From: a virus | Taxonomy: Duplodnaviria; Caudoviricetes | IMG/VR virus record: IMGVR_UViG_3300029305_003514 | Coordinates: 98,355 to 162,354 of that record | Reading direction: 5' to 3' (one strand) | DNA: 64,000 nt | Part shown: positions 49,624 through 59,058 of the stretch, piece by piece | How the letters are laid out: every line of letters begins with the position of its first letter | Position numbering within the stretch: position 1 is the first letter of the stretch | Notes under the pieces: model-generated | What the model saw: the letters and a program-made list of their open reading frames with translations, nothing else | What the model was told of the DNA's origin: nothing | Databases searched by the model: none | Translations under genes and position numbers: made by a program

Positions 49624-50871
49624 GTGAGAATAATGGTAACTAATTTAAATTTATCTCGTAAAATTAAAAGTTTCGTATTGCAATTAATTTTAGAAGTATT
49701 AGATCGTCCACAAGATAAACTTAAATTTATTCATATCACTGGAACAAATGGTAAGGGCTCTACGGCCGCAATGTTATCTAAAATTCTTGAGGATGCAGGA
49801 TATAAAGTTGGTCTATATACTAGCCCGCATATTCGCTTTGTTAATGAGCGCATTCAAATTAATTCCAGTCCTATTCCTATGTTAGAACTGAGGCAATTAG
49901 AGCAGGAAGTCAAATCAATATATTTACGATTTGGAGTTACACCAACGGAAGGATTTTCACAAACAGCGATAGCATTAAAATATTTTGCAGATAATAATGT
50001 TGATATAGTAGTTTTTGAATCTCATATTGGCGGTTTATACGATCCAACAAATATAATTAAAAATACAGAAGTAGCAGTATTAACTGATATTGACGCCGAT
50101 CATTTTGATGTATTAGGTGATACAATTGAGGATATTGCTACAAATAAATCTTATATAATTAAAGAGAATTCTAGTGTAGTGTTATATCCATCTAAACATA
50201 ATTCAGTAATTGAAATAATTAAAGAAAAGAGTATTGGTCATAAATTAACAATATCGGATTTTTCGGCATTATGTATTAAGAAAAATGATATGAATGGATT
50301 AATAGTAGATTATAAAAATTATAAAGATATTAACCTTCCGTTGTTAGGAGAATATCAAAGTAAAAATTTAGCAGTTGTAATAGATACAATTGAGTTTTTG
50401 ATAAATAAAGGTTATAACATATCTAAAGATAATATTTATAATGGTATTAAAAATACTAAATGGCCTGGACGTTTTGAAATTAGAGATAATATGGTATTAG
50501 ATGTTGCTCATAATCCACAAGGGCTACAAGTGTTGCTCGATTCTATTAATTATTATTTGCCAAATAAAAAGAATATTTTTGTTTTTGGTAATTATACCAA
50601 TCATGATTATAAAGAAATGTTGAGAATGATAGAAGAAAGTGGAGCAGAATTTGTTTATTTTCTTAAAGGTCGCCTCAAAAGAGAAGTAAATCCTGAAGTT
50701 TTATCCGAAAATTATAGCGGAGAACATATGGTTTGTGATTCAATAGATCAAGTATTTAAGTTATTATCTAATTATGATAAAGATAAATATAATATTATTA
50801 TTACTGGTTCCTTTCCTGTCGTTGCAATGGCTAAAAATATTATAGAAAGGGGCATAAAACGATGTATTTAA
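49624..50871 (+). CDS. FolC-like (folylpolyglutamate synthase/Mur-ligase family) protein, copy 1, divergent
   Basis: IHITGTNGKGST, GLYTSPH, NERI, FE..IGGLYDPTN, DH..LGDT, WPGRFE, LDVAHNPQG. Confidence 0.85.
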   Translation: MRIMVTNLNLSRKIKSFVLQLILEVLDRPQDKLKFIHITGTNGKGSTAAMLSKILEDAGYKVGLYTSPHIRFVNERIQINSSPIPMLELRQLEQEVKSIYLRFGVTPTEGFSQTAIALKYFADNNVDIVVFESHIGGLYDPTNIIKNTEVAVLTDIDADHFDVLGDTIEDIATNKSYIIKENSSVVLYPSKHNSVIEIIKEKSIGHKLTISDFSALCIKKNDMNGLIVDYKNYKDINLPLLGEYQSKNLAVVIDTIEFLINKGYNISKDNIYNGIKNTKWPGRFEIRDNMVLDVAHNPQGLQVLLDSINYYLPNKKNIFVFGNYTNHDYKEMLRMIEESGAEFVYFLKGRLKREVNPEVLSENYSGEHMVCDSIDQVFKLLSNYDKDKYNIIITGSFPVVAMAKNIIERGIKRCI

Positions 50872-52160
50872 AACCGTTTTGTTATCCTGATTTAGAAATA
50901 ACAGATGAAGAAACTAAAAGAAAAATTCGTTTATATTCTCTCTCTATAGCTTTAGATTTAATGGGTAATCCACAAGATAAATTAAAGTTTATTCATATGA
51001 CTGGAACGAATGGCAAGGGTTCAACAAGCGCTATGATAGCCTCTATATTACAGGCAGCAGGTTATAAAGTTGGGTTATTTACTTCTCCGCATATTAAAGA
51101 AATTAATGAAAATATTCAAATTAATTTTGAACCAATTTCTTTTGAAGATATGACACGTATCGAAACCGAAGTCTATAAAATTTTTAATGATATTCATTCA
51201 AAACCTTTTGCTAATGCGGTTCGTGCAGCAATTGCTATAAAATATTTTGCAGAACAAAATGTAGATATTGTAGTATTTGAAGTTGGCGCAGGGGGTAAAA
51301 ACGATCCTACAAATGTAATTGCTACTACTGAAGCGGCTGTTATGGTTAATATGGAAATTGATCATACAAATTTATTTGGTGATACTTTAGAAGAAATTAC
51401 TTATAATAAAGCGCATATATTAAAACCTGGTTGTGATTTTATTTTATATCCATCTTATCAAATTGTTGAAGATGTAATGCGTAAAGCTTGTGCAGACTTT
51501 AATATTCCTTTTCACAAGGCAGACTTTTCACAGTTAACAATATTAAGAAATGATCTTCATGGTCAAATAATTAATTATAAAGATTATGAAAGAATATGTT
51601 TGCCACTATTAGGAGACCATCAGCCTTATAATATGGCGACTGCAATAGAAGTTATTGAAGTATTGATTAATAGAGGCTGGAGTATTTCTAAAAAAGATAT
51701 TTATTATGGTCTATCAAAGTTAAAATGGCCAGGGCGTTTAGAAGTTTTGAGATATGCTCCCAATATTATATGTGACGCAGCTCATAATCCACAAGGATTA
51801 GAAGTATTATTTAATTCTATTGACTATTATTATCCTAATAAAAATAAACATTTTGTTTTTGGTTGTATGAGAGATAAAGATATTTTATCTATGTTGAAAT
51901 TATTAAAAAATCAAGCCACTTCTGTTTATTTTACAAAAGGAGAAGGTATTAGACCTCTTAAAGCAAATAAAGTATTAGAGCTTTATGAATCGATAGGCGG
52001 AGTCGGAGTTGCTTGTAATGATACTGCAGAGGCCGTTGATTTATGTAAGGAGCATTTAAAAACTAGTGATGATATAATGATTGGAACGGGAACTTTTCGT
52101 TTAATCGGAGATTTTAAAGATAGAGTTTTTGAAATTTATCCTCAATATGAAGAGGATTAA
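50862..52160 (+). CDS. FolC-like protein, copy 2, divergent
   Basis: IHMTGTNGKGST, GLFTSPH, FEVGAGGKNDPTN, DH..FGDT, LLGDHQ..N, WPGRLE, DAAHNPQG, FGCMRDKD. Confidence 0.88.
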   Translation: MYLKPFCYPDLEITDEETKRKIRLYSLSIALDLMGNPQDKLKFIHMTGTNGKGSTSAMIASILQAAGYKVGLFTSPHIKEINENIQINFEPISFEDMTRIETEVYKIFNDIHSKPFANAVRAAIAIKYFAEQNVDIVVFEVGAGGKNDPTNVIATTEAAVMVNMEIDHTNLFGDTLEEITYNKAHILKPGCDFILYPSYQIVEDVMRKACADFNIPFHKADFSQLTILRNDLHGQIINYKDYERICLPLLGDHQPYNMATAIEVIEVLINRGWSISKKDIYYGLSKLKWPGRLEVLRYAPNIICDAAHNPQGLEVLFNSIDYYYPNKNKHFVFGCMRDKDILSMLKLLKNQATSVYFTKGEGIRPLKANKVLELYESIGGVGVACNDTAEAVDLCKEHLKTSDDIMIGTGTFRLIGDFKDRVFEIYPQYEED

Positions 52161-52208
52161 AAAAAATATGGGAGAGATTGAAGCTCTCTTATAAAGGAGG
52201 AGTTTAAA

Positions 52209-52517
52209 ATGGCATGGGGCAATTCAAATAGCAATGAAAGATCTAAAGTAAAAACAGGAATAATTACCCTTACTGCATCTGATTGGGTTGGAGATGTCGA
52301 GCCATATTATCAGAAAATTAACTCTTTCCCAATTGGAGTTAATACCCAAATAGATTTAATACCAAACATGGCCGCGATGAGTGACATGAATATGGATAAT
52401 GTTGATATGATTTATATTCAAAATGAAAATGGTGTGGCTTCTGCCGTAGCTATAGGAGGCAAACCTACCGTTGATTTAAAAATACAAGCTAATTTTACGG
52501 AGGTAAATCCTATATGA
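52209..52517 (+). CDS. Small tail-associated beta-domain protein
   Basis: ITLTASDW...PYYQ...QIDLIPN; paralogous to 57165..57569. Confidence 0.6.
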   Translation: MAWGNSNSNERSKVKTGIITLTASDWVGDVEPYYQKINSFPIGVNTQIDLIPNMAAMSDMNMDNVDMIYIQNENGVASAVAIGGKPTVDLKIQANFTEVNPI

Positions 52518-53572
52518 GTATGATAAATGGTTTTCCAATTTATTCAATTGGTTCTTCGGTTATAAGTGGATCTAATGCCGAAATGTTTGGTACTGGCGCA
52601 GATGGCGATTTAGTTATTGCTAGTGGCGAAACCGTTACATTAAGTGTAAGCGCATCCCATCTTTCAATAGTTGAAATGAATTATAATACAATTAATATTG
52701 AAGATGGCGGCACTTTAATTTGTGATACAAATAATAATGGCCTAATACTTAGATGTAAAGGCGATTGTGTAATCAATGGCACAATTGACCAGAGCGCTAA
52801 ATCAGGTATTCCTAATCCTAGTATTTCTTTTGATTATCCAGATGAAATAGCTTGCGGCAATGGCGGCGATGGCGGCGATGGCAATCAAGATGGATTTTAT
52901 GGTAAAGCTACGGGAGGCACAGCTATGGAAGCCCACAAGGGTGGAGGCGGATGGTCTGGCGGTGGTGCAGGTGGTTGCACTTATCGTTGGAACAATGATG
53001 ACGGCGGTTCTTATGATGCTTCTGAACCTGGATTTGATGGCGGTTCGGTTAATAACATTGCCACGAACGTAAGTCTTGATGATTTATTTAAAGGTGGCGA
53101 ACCTGGTAATGCTGGTACTTATGGTGGTGGCGGTTCTGGATATTTCTCCACTAATGTTAGTAGCAGTTACACAGGAGCAGGTGCCTCTGGTGCAGGTGGC
53201 AATGCTCAAGACACATTTGGAACTAACATCAAATTCCCTGGAGGTGGCGCAGGTAACTATGGAGGCGGCGTAGTAATGCTGTATGCTGGTAGAAACTGCA
53301 CCATTAATGGTTATATTTTATGTAACGGTGGTAACGGAGGTAATGGCGGTAGTAGACCTGTAGGTAATCTCTGGGAAAACGGCGGCTCCGGTGGTGGAGG
53401 CGGCGGTGGCGGCGCTTTCTATTGTGTATATAAAGGCGCTTATACCAACTATGGTTCAGTTGATGTAAATGGTGGTTTCGGCGGCAAAGGAAATGGATTA
53501 GGCACGGATGGTGACGCAGGCACCCCGGGCTCTATTACTGTTAAAAAGTATGAAAATAGTATGACAAAGTAA
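52514..53572 (+). CDS. Glycine-rich tail/adhesin protein
   Basis: FGTGADGDL start; many GGxGG runs. Confidence 0.7.
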   Translation: MSMINGFPIYSIGSSVISGSNAEMFGTGADGDLVIASGETVTLSVSASHLSIVEMNYNTINIEDGGTLICDTNNNGLILRCKGDCVINGTIDQSAKSGIPNPSISFDYPDEIACGNGGDGGDGNQDGFYGKATGGTAMEAHKGGGGWSGGGAGGCTYRWNNDDGGSYDASEPGFDGGSVNNIATNVSLDDLFKGGEPGNAGTYGGGGSGYFSTNVSSSYTGAGASGAGGNAQDTFGTNIKFPGGGAGNYGGGVVMLYAGRNCTINGYILCNGGNGGNGGSRPVGNLWENGGSGGGGGGGGAFYCVYKGAYTNYGSVDVNGGFGGKGNGLGTDGDAGTPGSITVKKYENSMTK

Positions 53573-53595
53573 TTTAATGAAAGAGGGTTTATATT

Positions 53596-53940
53596 ATGGC
53601 AAGAGTACCCGCGAATTCTTATGGAAATGGCAGAAAATATGCCGGCGGCAATACTTTTATTAATGCTGACGGTAGCGTAGAGAAGATTTATGGTTATCAT
53701 ACTTCTCCTAGTGGAAAGGTAACTTATACCTATGAGGACGACAGCATTATTGTATTAGATGGTGCTAATTTTAAAGAAATCGGCACAATTTATAAAGATA
53801 ATAAAGTAATTTATCAGCCCAAGGCAGTAATGTCCTATATAGAGATTAAAGAAAAGGCTGCGGATCTCGCTGTGGCAGGTCGACCTATAGAAAATTACTT
53901 TATTGAAGCCGCTAAGATATTAGGCGAAGCTATGGAATAA
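53596..53940 (+). CDS. Hypothetical protein
   Basis: GAGG RBS; 114 aa. Confidence 0.6.
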   Translation: MARVPANSYGNGRKYAGGNTFINADGSVEKIYGYHTSPSGKVTYTYEDDSIIVLDGANFKEIGTIYKDNKVIYQPKAVMSYIEIKEKAADLAVAGRPIENYFIEAAKILGEAME

Positions 53941-53942
53941 GT

Positions 53943-53971
53943 AGGGTGAGGATAAATTCCTCGCCCTTATT
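53943..53971 (+). terminator. Hairpin, possible terminator
   Basis: AGGGTGAGGA-TAAAT-TCCTCGCCCT; short T tail. Confidence 0.5.
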
Positions 53972-53977
53972 GGAGGA

Positions 53978-54226
53978 ATGAATATGAAGAAATCTGATAA
54001 AAAGACTGAAAAACAAATTATATGTTTCTCCAAGAAAATTGTAATATCATGTATATTATTTATTGTATTATATACTATATTTCAAGTATTTGTAAGTTTC
54101 AAATTAGGAATAGAATTGACTCCCGCCTTAACTGCATGTGTATATGCTTTTTTTGGCACAGAGTTAGCTGCATGTGCTTTAATTCGTATTTTTGATTCTC
54201 GCAAAGATAATATAGATGATAAATAA
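53978..54226 (+). CDS. Two-TM membrane protein (holin-like)
   Basis: Two hydrophobic segments, FFGTELAACALI; directly precedes the endolysin. Confidence 0.6.
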   Translation: MNMKKSDKKTEKQIICFSKKIVISCILFIVLYTIFQVFVSFKLGIELTPALTACVYAFFGTELAACALIRIFDSRKDNIDDK

Positions 54227-54239
54227 TGGAGGAATTAAT

Positions 54240-55304
54240 ATGTTAACACCCGATAAAGTTAGATATGAAAATGGTGTAAAAATAAATGAGAAGATTATAC
54301 CTGATTCTGCTAGAGCATCCAGAGCTATAGCTTCTTGGGTTCCTAAGGGTGGTAAGATGAAGCCTGGGCTCAAGATGAAGCCTATCGGGGTGACTATGCA
54401 CAATACTAACGACCTTGCCAAAATACATGATGATGCTGAGCAATATACTCGTGCTACATGGCCTAATTGTAATATGGCCGGAGTAGCTGTACATTATTAT
54501 GTAGATGATACATGTGCTTGGCAGAATTTAGAAGAAGATGAGCAAGGTTGGCATGCCGCAGATGGATTTGGCCCTGGCAATACTCAAACAATTGCTATTG
54601 AGTGTATTATGGATGGCTCAGGTTCTAAAGAAGATTTAGGGGCTAGAGATAATGCTGCAAGATTGGCCGCTTCTATTCTTAAAAGACATGGGTGGACTAT
54701 AGATAATTTATACACACATAATCATTGGATGGGTCAACCTGATAAAATAGCTTATGGTGTTCGTAAAAATTGTCCTATTTTCTTGCTTCCTAAATGGGAA
54801 GAGTTTAAAAATTTAGTAAAATTTTATTTACAAAATGGTAACAAAGAAGCTCCAGTTGAGACTCAAAAGCCCGCATCTGCAACTAGCGGCCTTACTTTTA
54901 ACGATATAAAAGTTGGCGATATTCTTAATTTTAAAGGCACTGAACAATATGTAGCGTCTGGGTTAACCCAAGGCATACCTGCTAAGCCCGGCAAAGTAAA
55001 AGTAACGAAGAAATATGTAGAAGTTGCTAAACATCCTATCTTAGTAAGATCCGTAGATGATTCGGGCAAATTTATTTCAGGTGTTTTTGGATGGGTTAAT
55101 ATTGAGGATTTAGAATTAGATATTAAGTTACCATATTTAGTAAGAGTAACCGCAGATACAAAGATTTATTCTGATTCGTCAGATAAGAATGTTGCGGCTA
55201 TTATTAAAAAGGGAACTTATACAATTATACAGCAAGAAAATGGATTTGGTTTATTAAAATCTAAAGCAGGATGGATTCCCTTTTCTGATACAGAAAAGAT
55301 ATAA
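54240..55304 (+). CDS. Endolysin, Amidase_2-type N-acetylmuramoyl-L-alanine amidase
   Basis: TMHNT, HYYVDD, WHAADG, IAIEC, THNHW..KNCP; C-terminal GLLKSKAGWI cell-wall-binding module. Confidence 0.88.
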   Translation: MLTPDKVRYENGVKINEKIIPDSARASRAIASWVPKGGKMKPGLKMKPIGVTMHNTNDLAKIHDDAEQYTRATWPNCNMAGVAVHYYVDDTCAWQNLEEDEQGWHAADGFGPGNTQTIAIECIMDGSGSKEDLGARDNAARLAASILKRHGWTIDNLYTHNHWMGQPDKIAYGVRKNCPIFLLPKWEEFKNLVKFYLQNGNKEAPVETQKPASATSGLTFNDIKVGDILNFKGTEQYVASGLTQGIPAKPGKVKVTKKYVEVAKHPILVRSVDDSGKFISGVFGWVNIEDLELDIKLPYLVRVTADTKIYSDSSDKNVAAIIKKGTYTIIQQENGFGLLKSKAGWIPFSDTEKI

Positions 55305-55322
55305 ATTAAAGGAGGAAGTATT

Positions 55323-55649
55323 ATGGAGATTAACATTACTGAAGTTGTTGTTGCGCTAATTGGTTTATTAGGTACTATTATTACTGCTTTTGTTGTTCCT
55401 TGGGTAAATAGTAAGCTAAAGAATGAAAAACTTAAGACTGTTGTTGAAATTGCACGTCAGGCAGTACATGCCGCTCATGAGCTTAATATCACCAATGAAC
55501 TTGTTGAATTAGGTATGGATAAAGCTACTTATGCGTGGACTGAAGCTAAGAAAGCTCTATCTGATAAAGGCATCAAAATTGACGATGATGAACTGAAGGC
55601 TGCCATTAAGGCCGAAGTTACAAATCTAAGAAAAGATATAACTTGGTAA
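55323..55649 (+). CDS. Holin (LL-H-like)
   Basis: N-terminal TM, AVHAAHEL and AAIKAEV pattern; follows the endolysin. Confidence 0.7.
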   Translation: MEINITEVVVALIGLLGTIITAFVVPWVNSKLKNEKLKTVVEIARQAVHAAHELNITNELVELGMDKATYAWTEAKKALSDKGIKIDDDELKAAIKAEVTNLRKDITW

Positions 55650-55680
55650 TTTTATAGAAGTTAATAAGGAGGTGACTTCA

Positions 55681-56439
55681 ATGGCGTATATAATGAAACA
55701 AGAAACTCTGGATGGCATTGCTGATGCGCTTAGACTTAAAACAGGCACTGAACATGACATCCAAGCCGAAGATTTTGAAGCCACTATTTTAAGTATTAGA
55801 ACATGTGAAGATACAAATGCGGCAAAAGCAGCGGCAAAATCTGCAGCAGAGAGTGCAGAGAATGCAGAGATAAGTGCTGTTAGCGCTGATACAAGTGCGT
55901 TGGCTGCTAGTGAATCAGCAACTCGAGCAGCAGCATCGGAAGAAGTTGCTAAACAAAAGGCAGCTGAAGCTTCGGATAGTGCAGCGGCCGCATTAGAAAG
56001 TCAAAATGCCGCTAAAATTAGTGAAGATAACGCTAAAGAAAGTGAACTTATTGCTACAGCGGCAGAGGCTCACATTGTTGAAATGGAGGCCGTTGTAGTT
56101 GCTGCTGAAGCGGTTGTGGTTGCTGCTGAAGCTGTAGCTAAAGAAAGTGCAACTAATGCAAAGACCAGTGAAATTAATGCAGCAAGCAGTGAGGCCAATG
56201 CTAAAGCTAGCGAAACAATCGCAGTAGAATCGGCTACTATAGCAGAAATTGCAGCAGAGGCCGCATCTTATTACGGTGGTTTAAACTCTGAGGCGTATGC
56301 TGTTGGTACAAGAGCTGGCGTGCCTGTAACAGAAGATGATATAACTTATAATAATAATGCAAAATATTATGCTGAATTAGCAGGATCTTATATAGTTCCA
56401 ACAGCTAATGTGTTGGCTACTGCTACTATTACTGAATAA
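55681..56439 (+). CDS. Ala/Ser/Glu-rich fibre-like protein
   Basis: AAASE/NAK.SE repeats; SEAYAVG...NNAKYYAE. Confidence 0.65.
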   Translation: MAYIMKQETLDGIADALRLKTGTEHDIQAEDFEATILSIRTCEDTNAAKAAAKSAAESAENAEISAVSADTSALAASESATRAAASEEVAKQKAAEASDSAAAALESQNAAKISEDNAKESELIATAAEAHIVEMEAVVVAAEAVVVAAEAVAKESATNAKTSEINAASSEANAKASETIAVESATIAEIAAEAASYYGGLNSEAYAVGTRAGVPVTEDDITYNNNAKYYAELAGSYIVPTANVLATATITE

Positions 56440-56451
56440 GGAGTTGTTCTT

Positions 56452-56952
56452 ATGATTTTTGGAAATAAAATTGGAGGCAACTCCGCAGGAAATAAAACTT
56501 TTGTAATTGATATTAATGGCGATGAAGTTTGGGGCGTTATGGTTGACGATCCAAATATACCAGAACCTACGGCTTGTTGTACAGATGTTATGATAGGTCA
56601 AGTTTTTGTTGGGCCTGAGGGGCTTCAGGTTGGTGAAAATGATTCTCCTTGCTGTCGTGTTACAGATGGTGTTCATGAAATTGGTTCTGGAGTTGAGGTT
56701 TTATTGCGTATTGAAAAATGTGAACAATGGGATTTTAATACTCTTCATGGCATAATTGTGCAAAAGAGCACCCCTCATAAAGTTGAAAAACTAATCATGA
56801 ATAATATTGTATATGATTCTGAGGGCAATGAAATTTCAAGAGTCACAAAAGACTCTAGTACCTGTTCAATTAGATTTAATATTAAAAATGAAACTGCTGA
56901 ACCTCAGTTGCTCTACTTCTTTATTTGTAAGGAGGAGCGCCATGAAGTATAA
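56452..56952 (+). CDS. Hypothetical tail-associated protein
   Basis: AAGGAG RBS; 166 aa. Confidence 0.6.
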   Translation: MIFGNKIGGNSAGNKTFVIDINGDEVWGVMVDDPNIPEPTACCTDVMIGQVFVGPEGLQVGENDSPCCRVTDGVHEIGSGVEVLLRIEKCEQWDFNTLHGIIVQKSTPHKVEKLIMNNIVYDSEGNEISRVTKDSSTCSIRFNIKNETAEPQLLYFFICKEERHEV

Positions 56953-57172
56953 TTACGCCGTTATTAACGATATAGGTAAATGTTATGAAGTTTATAAAAC
57001 AACAAATTGTACATGTGACCAATATCATGTGCCGATACCAAGGGTAGATGTTAATTATCTATCTAAATATTATCATCCTATGCCGCAATATGTAGATGGA
57101 GATTTTGATTTTACTGGTGATTGGTATCTTGATGTAGAGCATCTGATTAAGGAGGTGGCGCAAGATGGCTAA
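56942..57172 (+). CDS. Hypothetical protein
   Basis: AAGGAGGAG RBS before ATG 56942; MKYNYAVINDIGKCYEV. Confidence 0.65.
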   Translation: MKYNYAVINDIGKCYEVYKTTNCTCDQYHVPIPRVDVNYLSKYYHPMPQYVDGDFDFTGDWYLDVEHLIKEVAQDG

Positions 57173-57569
57173 AAAAATACAAATTGTAAGTGGCAGACCT
57201 TTTCAGGCAGATTGGAATATGGAAGATGAAACTAATGTGGCTTATATTAGAAATAAACCTAAGCTATCAGATAATATTAAGTTAAAAAATATTGTATTGT
57301 CTGCTTCTGCGTGGAGCTATGATGTCCCTTATATTCAGCAGATTGAGCTTGATGTTACACCAAATAGTAAGGTTGACATACAACCTAATGTTGATGTTAT
57401 TAGCGCTACTTCTGCTGTAAATTCACATTTATTAATAAAGAATGATAATGGCAATGTAGCTATATATGCTTTAAATAATAAGCCACTTGTAGATTTAAAC
57501 TTACAATTATCTATTACCGAAGTTACAAGAGAAAATGATATAGACGTAATTTGGGGTAATGGAATTTAA
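57165..57569 (+). CDS. Small tail-associated protein, paralog of 52209..52517
   Basis: QADWN...AYIRNKP; IVLSASAW...PYIQ...KVDIQPN. Confidence 0.65.
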   Translation: MAKKIQIVSGRPFQADWNMEDETNVAYIRNKPKLSDNIKLKNIVLSASAWSYDVPYIQQIELDVTPNSKVDIQPNVDVISATSAVNSHLLIKNDNGNVAIYALNNKPLVDLNLQLSITEVTRENDIDVIWGNGI

Positions 57570-58227
57570 AGAGGTGATTACGGTGTCTATAAATGAAGTA
57601 TTAGAAATTGCTCGCAAGGAAGTAATGAGTATTACTGAATGTGATGATGGGCAGAAATTTGTGAATAAGTGTTTAGGCACCGAATTCATAGATTGCGCAG
57701 AATCATTTAGGTGGTATGAGCGCCGTGGGCGCATTTATGACGCACCTAAGCGTGGAGATCAAATATTTGTCGGTGATAGTACTGGCATTGTTGAATTGGT
57801 TTCTGGCAACGTAGTACATACAATTGAGATAGATACTGATATTGATTCTACTTTTTTTGGATTACTTCGCCGCAAAGAAAGAAATGTTGGTGAGGGCAAA
57901 TATGGTAGACCTGAATATAAATCAGTTGAATTAATTGTTGGACTTAAAGGTGAAGAAGCTAGACAGTGGCTAGATACTCAGAATATTGAGATTGAAGAAT
58001 GGAATCCTGTAAAACGTGGTGATATTGGTTTTAATGTGCAGGTTGTACAGGCCGCTTTGATTTGTTTAGGATATTCATGTGGTGAATATGGTGCTAATGG
58101 ATATTTTAATAATGATTCTGTTGATGCCGTGAAGAGATTTCAAAAAAATAATAAAATGATTTGTGACGGAATTGTTGGTAAAGCCGTTGCAATGAAACTG
58201 TTTAAGGGAATGTCTTCCTCAAAGTAG
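57559..58227 (+). CDS. Degenerate CHAP-like domain plus peptidoglycan-binding domain (start may be downstream GTG)
   Basis: PKRGDQIF..TGIVELV....HTIE...YGRPEY; C-terminal VQAAL..LGY.CG.YGANG.F...AVKRFQ....DGIVG. Confidence 0.7.
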   Translation: MEFKEVITVSINEVLEIARKEVMSITECDDGQKFVNKCLGTEFIDCAESFRWYERRGRIYDAPKRGDQIFVGDSTGIVELVSGNVVHTIEIDTDIDSTFFGLLRRKERNVGEGKYGRPEYKSVELIVGLKGEEARQWLDTQNIEIEEWNPVKRGDIGFNVQVVQAALICLGYSCGEYGANGYFNNDSVDAVKRFQKNNKMICDGIVGKAVAMKLFKGMSSSK

Positions 58228-58235
58228 TTTTATAG

Positions 58236-58267
58236 AGGGGAGGGCTTTGGCTCTCCCCTATTTTTTT
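58236..58267 (+). terminator. Intrinsic terminator
   Basis: AGGGGAGGGC-TTTG-GCTCTCCCCT-ATTTTTTT. Confidence 0.85.
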
Positions 58268-58347
58268 AATAGCTTAGGTATGAGATATGGTGTTTAATTA
58301 TGTCTGATACTTAGGCTATTTTATTACATTTAAAGGAGTGTTGTAAA

Positions 58348-59016
58348 ATGGCAAAAGTTTTTTTATCTCCTTCAAATCAGAAGGATAACAAATATGCTCA
58401 CGGAGGCGCAACAGAAGATGTAGTTTGCGGCAAAATCGCACAAGCATGCAAGAAAGCATTAGAAAGATGTGGTATTACAGTTGGTTTAAATCATTATGGA
58501 TCTTTATCTGAAAAGTGTAATGAAGCTAATAATGGTGGTTATGATGCGTTTGTAAGTATTCATACTAATGCTCATAATGGAGTAGTTACTGGAACAAGGA
58601 TGTTTACATACGGAAATGGTGTAAATGAGACTAAGTTAGCAAAATGTATATTTAATGTATTGGCTCCATATACACCTGGGACAAGCGAAAATATTAAACC
58701 TTATCCTGAACTTTATGAAATGAAGGCAACTAAGATGGCAGCAACATTAGTAGAGGTGGATTTTCACGATCATGCACAAACGGCTAAATGGTTAATTGAA
58801 CATACATCTGAGATTGGAGAAAAAATTGCCGAGGGCGTATGTCAATATTTTGGAATAAAATATGTTGCGGTTAATATCAATGTTAATGTGAACGCTAATA
58901 CTGGTTTTAAGAAATATCGTGTAGTATGCGGAAGTTTTGGACAAAGAAAAAATGCAGAAGCCAGACAAAAAGAATTAAAGGCAAAGGGTTTTGATAGTTT
59001 TATAGAGATTAAATAA
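58348..59016 (+). CDS. Amidase_3-type N-acetylmuramoyl-L-alanine amidase with C-terminal SPOR domain
   Basis: VFLSPSNQ, TE, VSIHTNA, LVEVDFHD; YRVVCGSF..RKNAE....LKAKGFDSFI. Confidence 0.85.
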   Translation: MAKVFLSPSNQKDNKYAHGGATEDVVCGKIAQACKKALERCGITVGLNHYGSLSEKCNEANNGGYDAFVSIHTNAHNGVVTGTRMFTYGNGVNETKLAKCIFNVLAPYTPGTSENIKPYPELYEMKATKMAATLVEVDFHDHAQTAKWLIEHTSEIGEKIAEGVCQYFGIKYVAVNINVNVNANTGFKKYRVVCGSFGQRKNAEARQKELKAKGFDSFIEIK

Positions 59017-59018
59017 AT

Positions 59019-59041
59019 AGGGAGGCGCAAGCCTCCTTTTT
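59019..59041 (+). terminator. Intrinsic terminator
   Basis: GGAGGC-GCAA-GCCTCC-TTTTT. Confidence 0.8.
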
Positions 59042-59058
59042 GATTGGAGGAATTTAAA

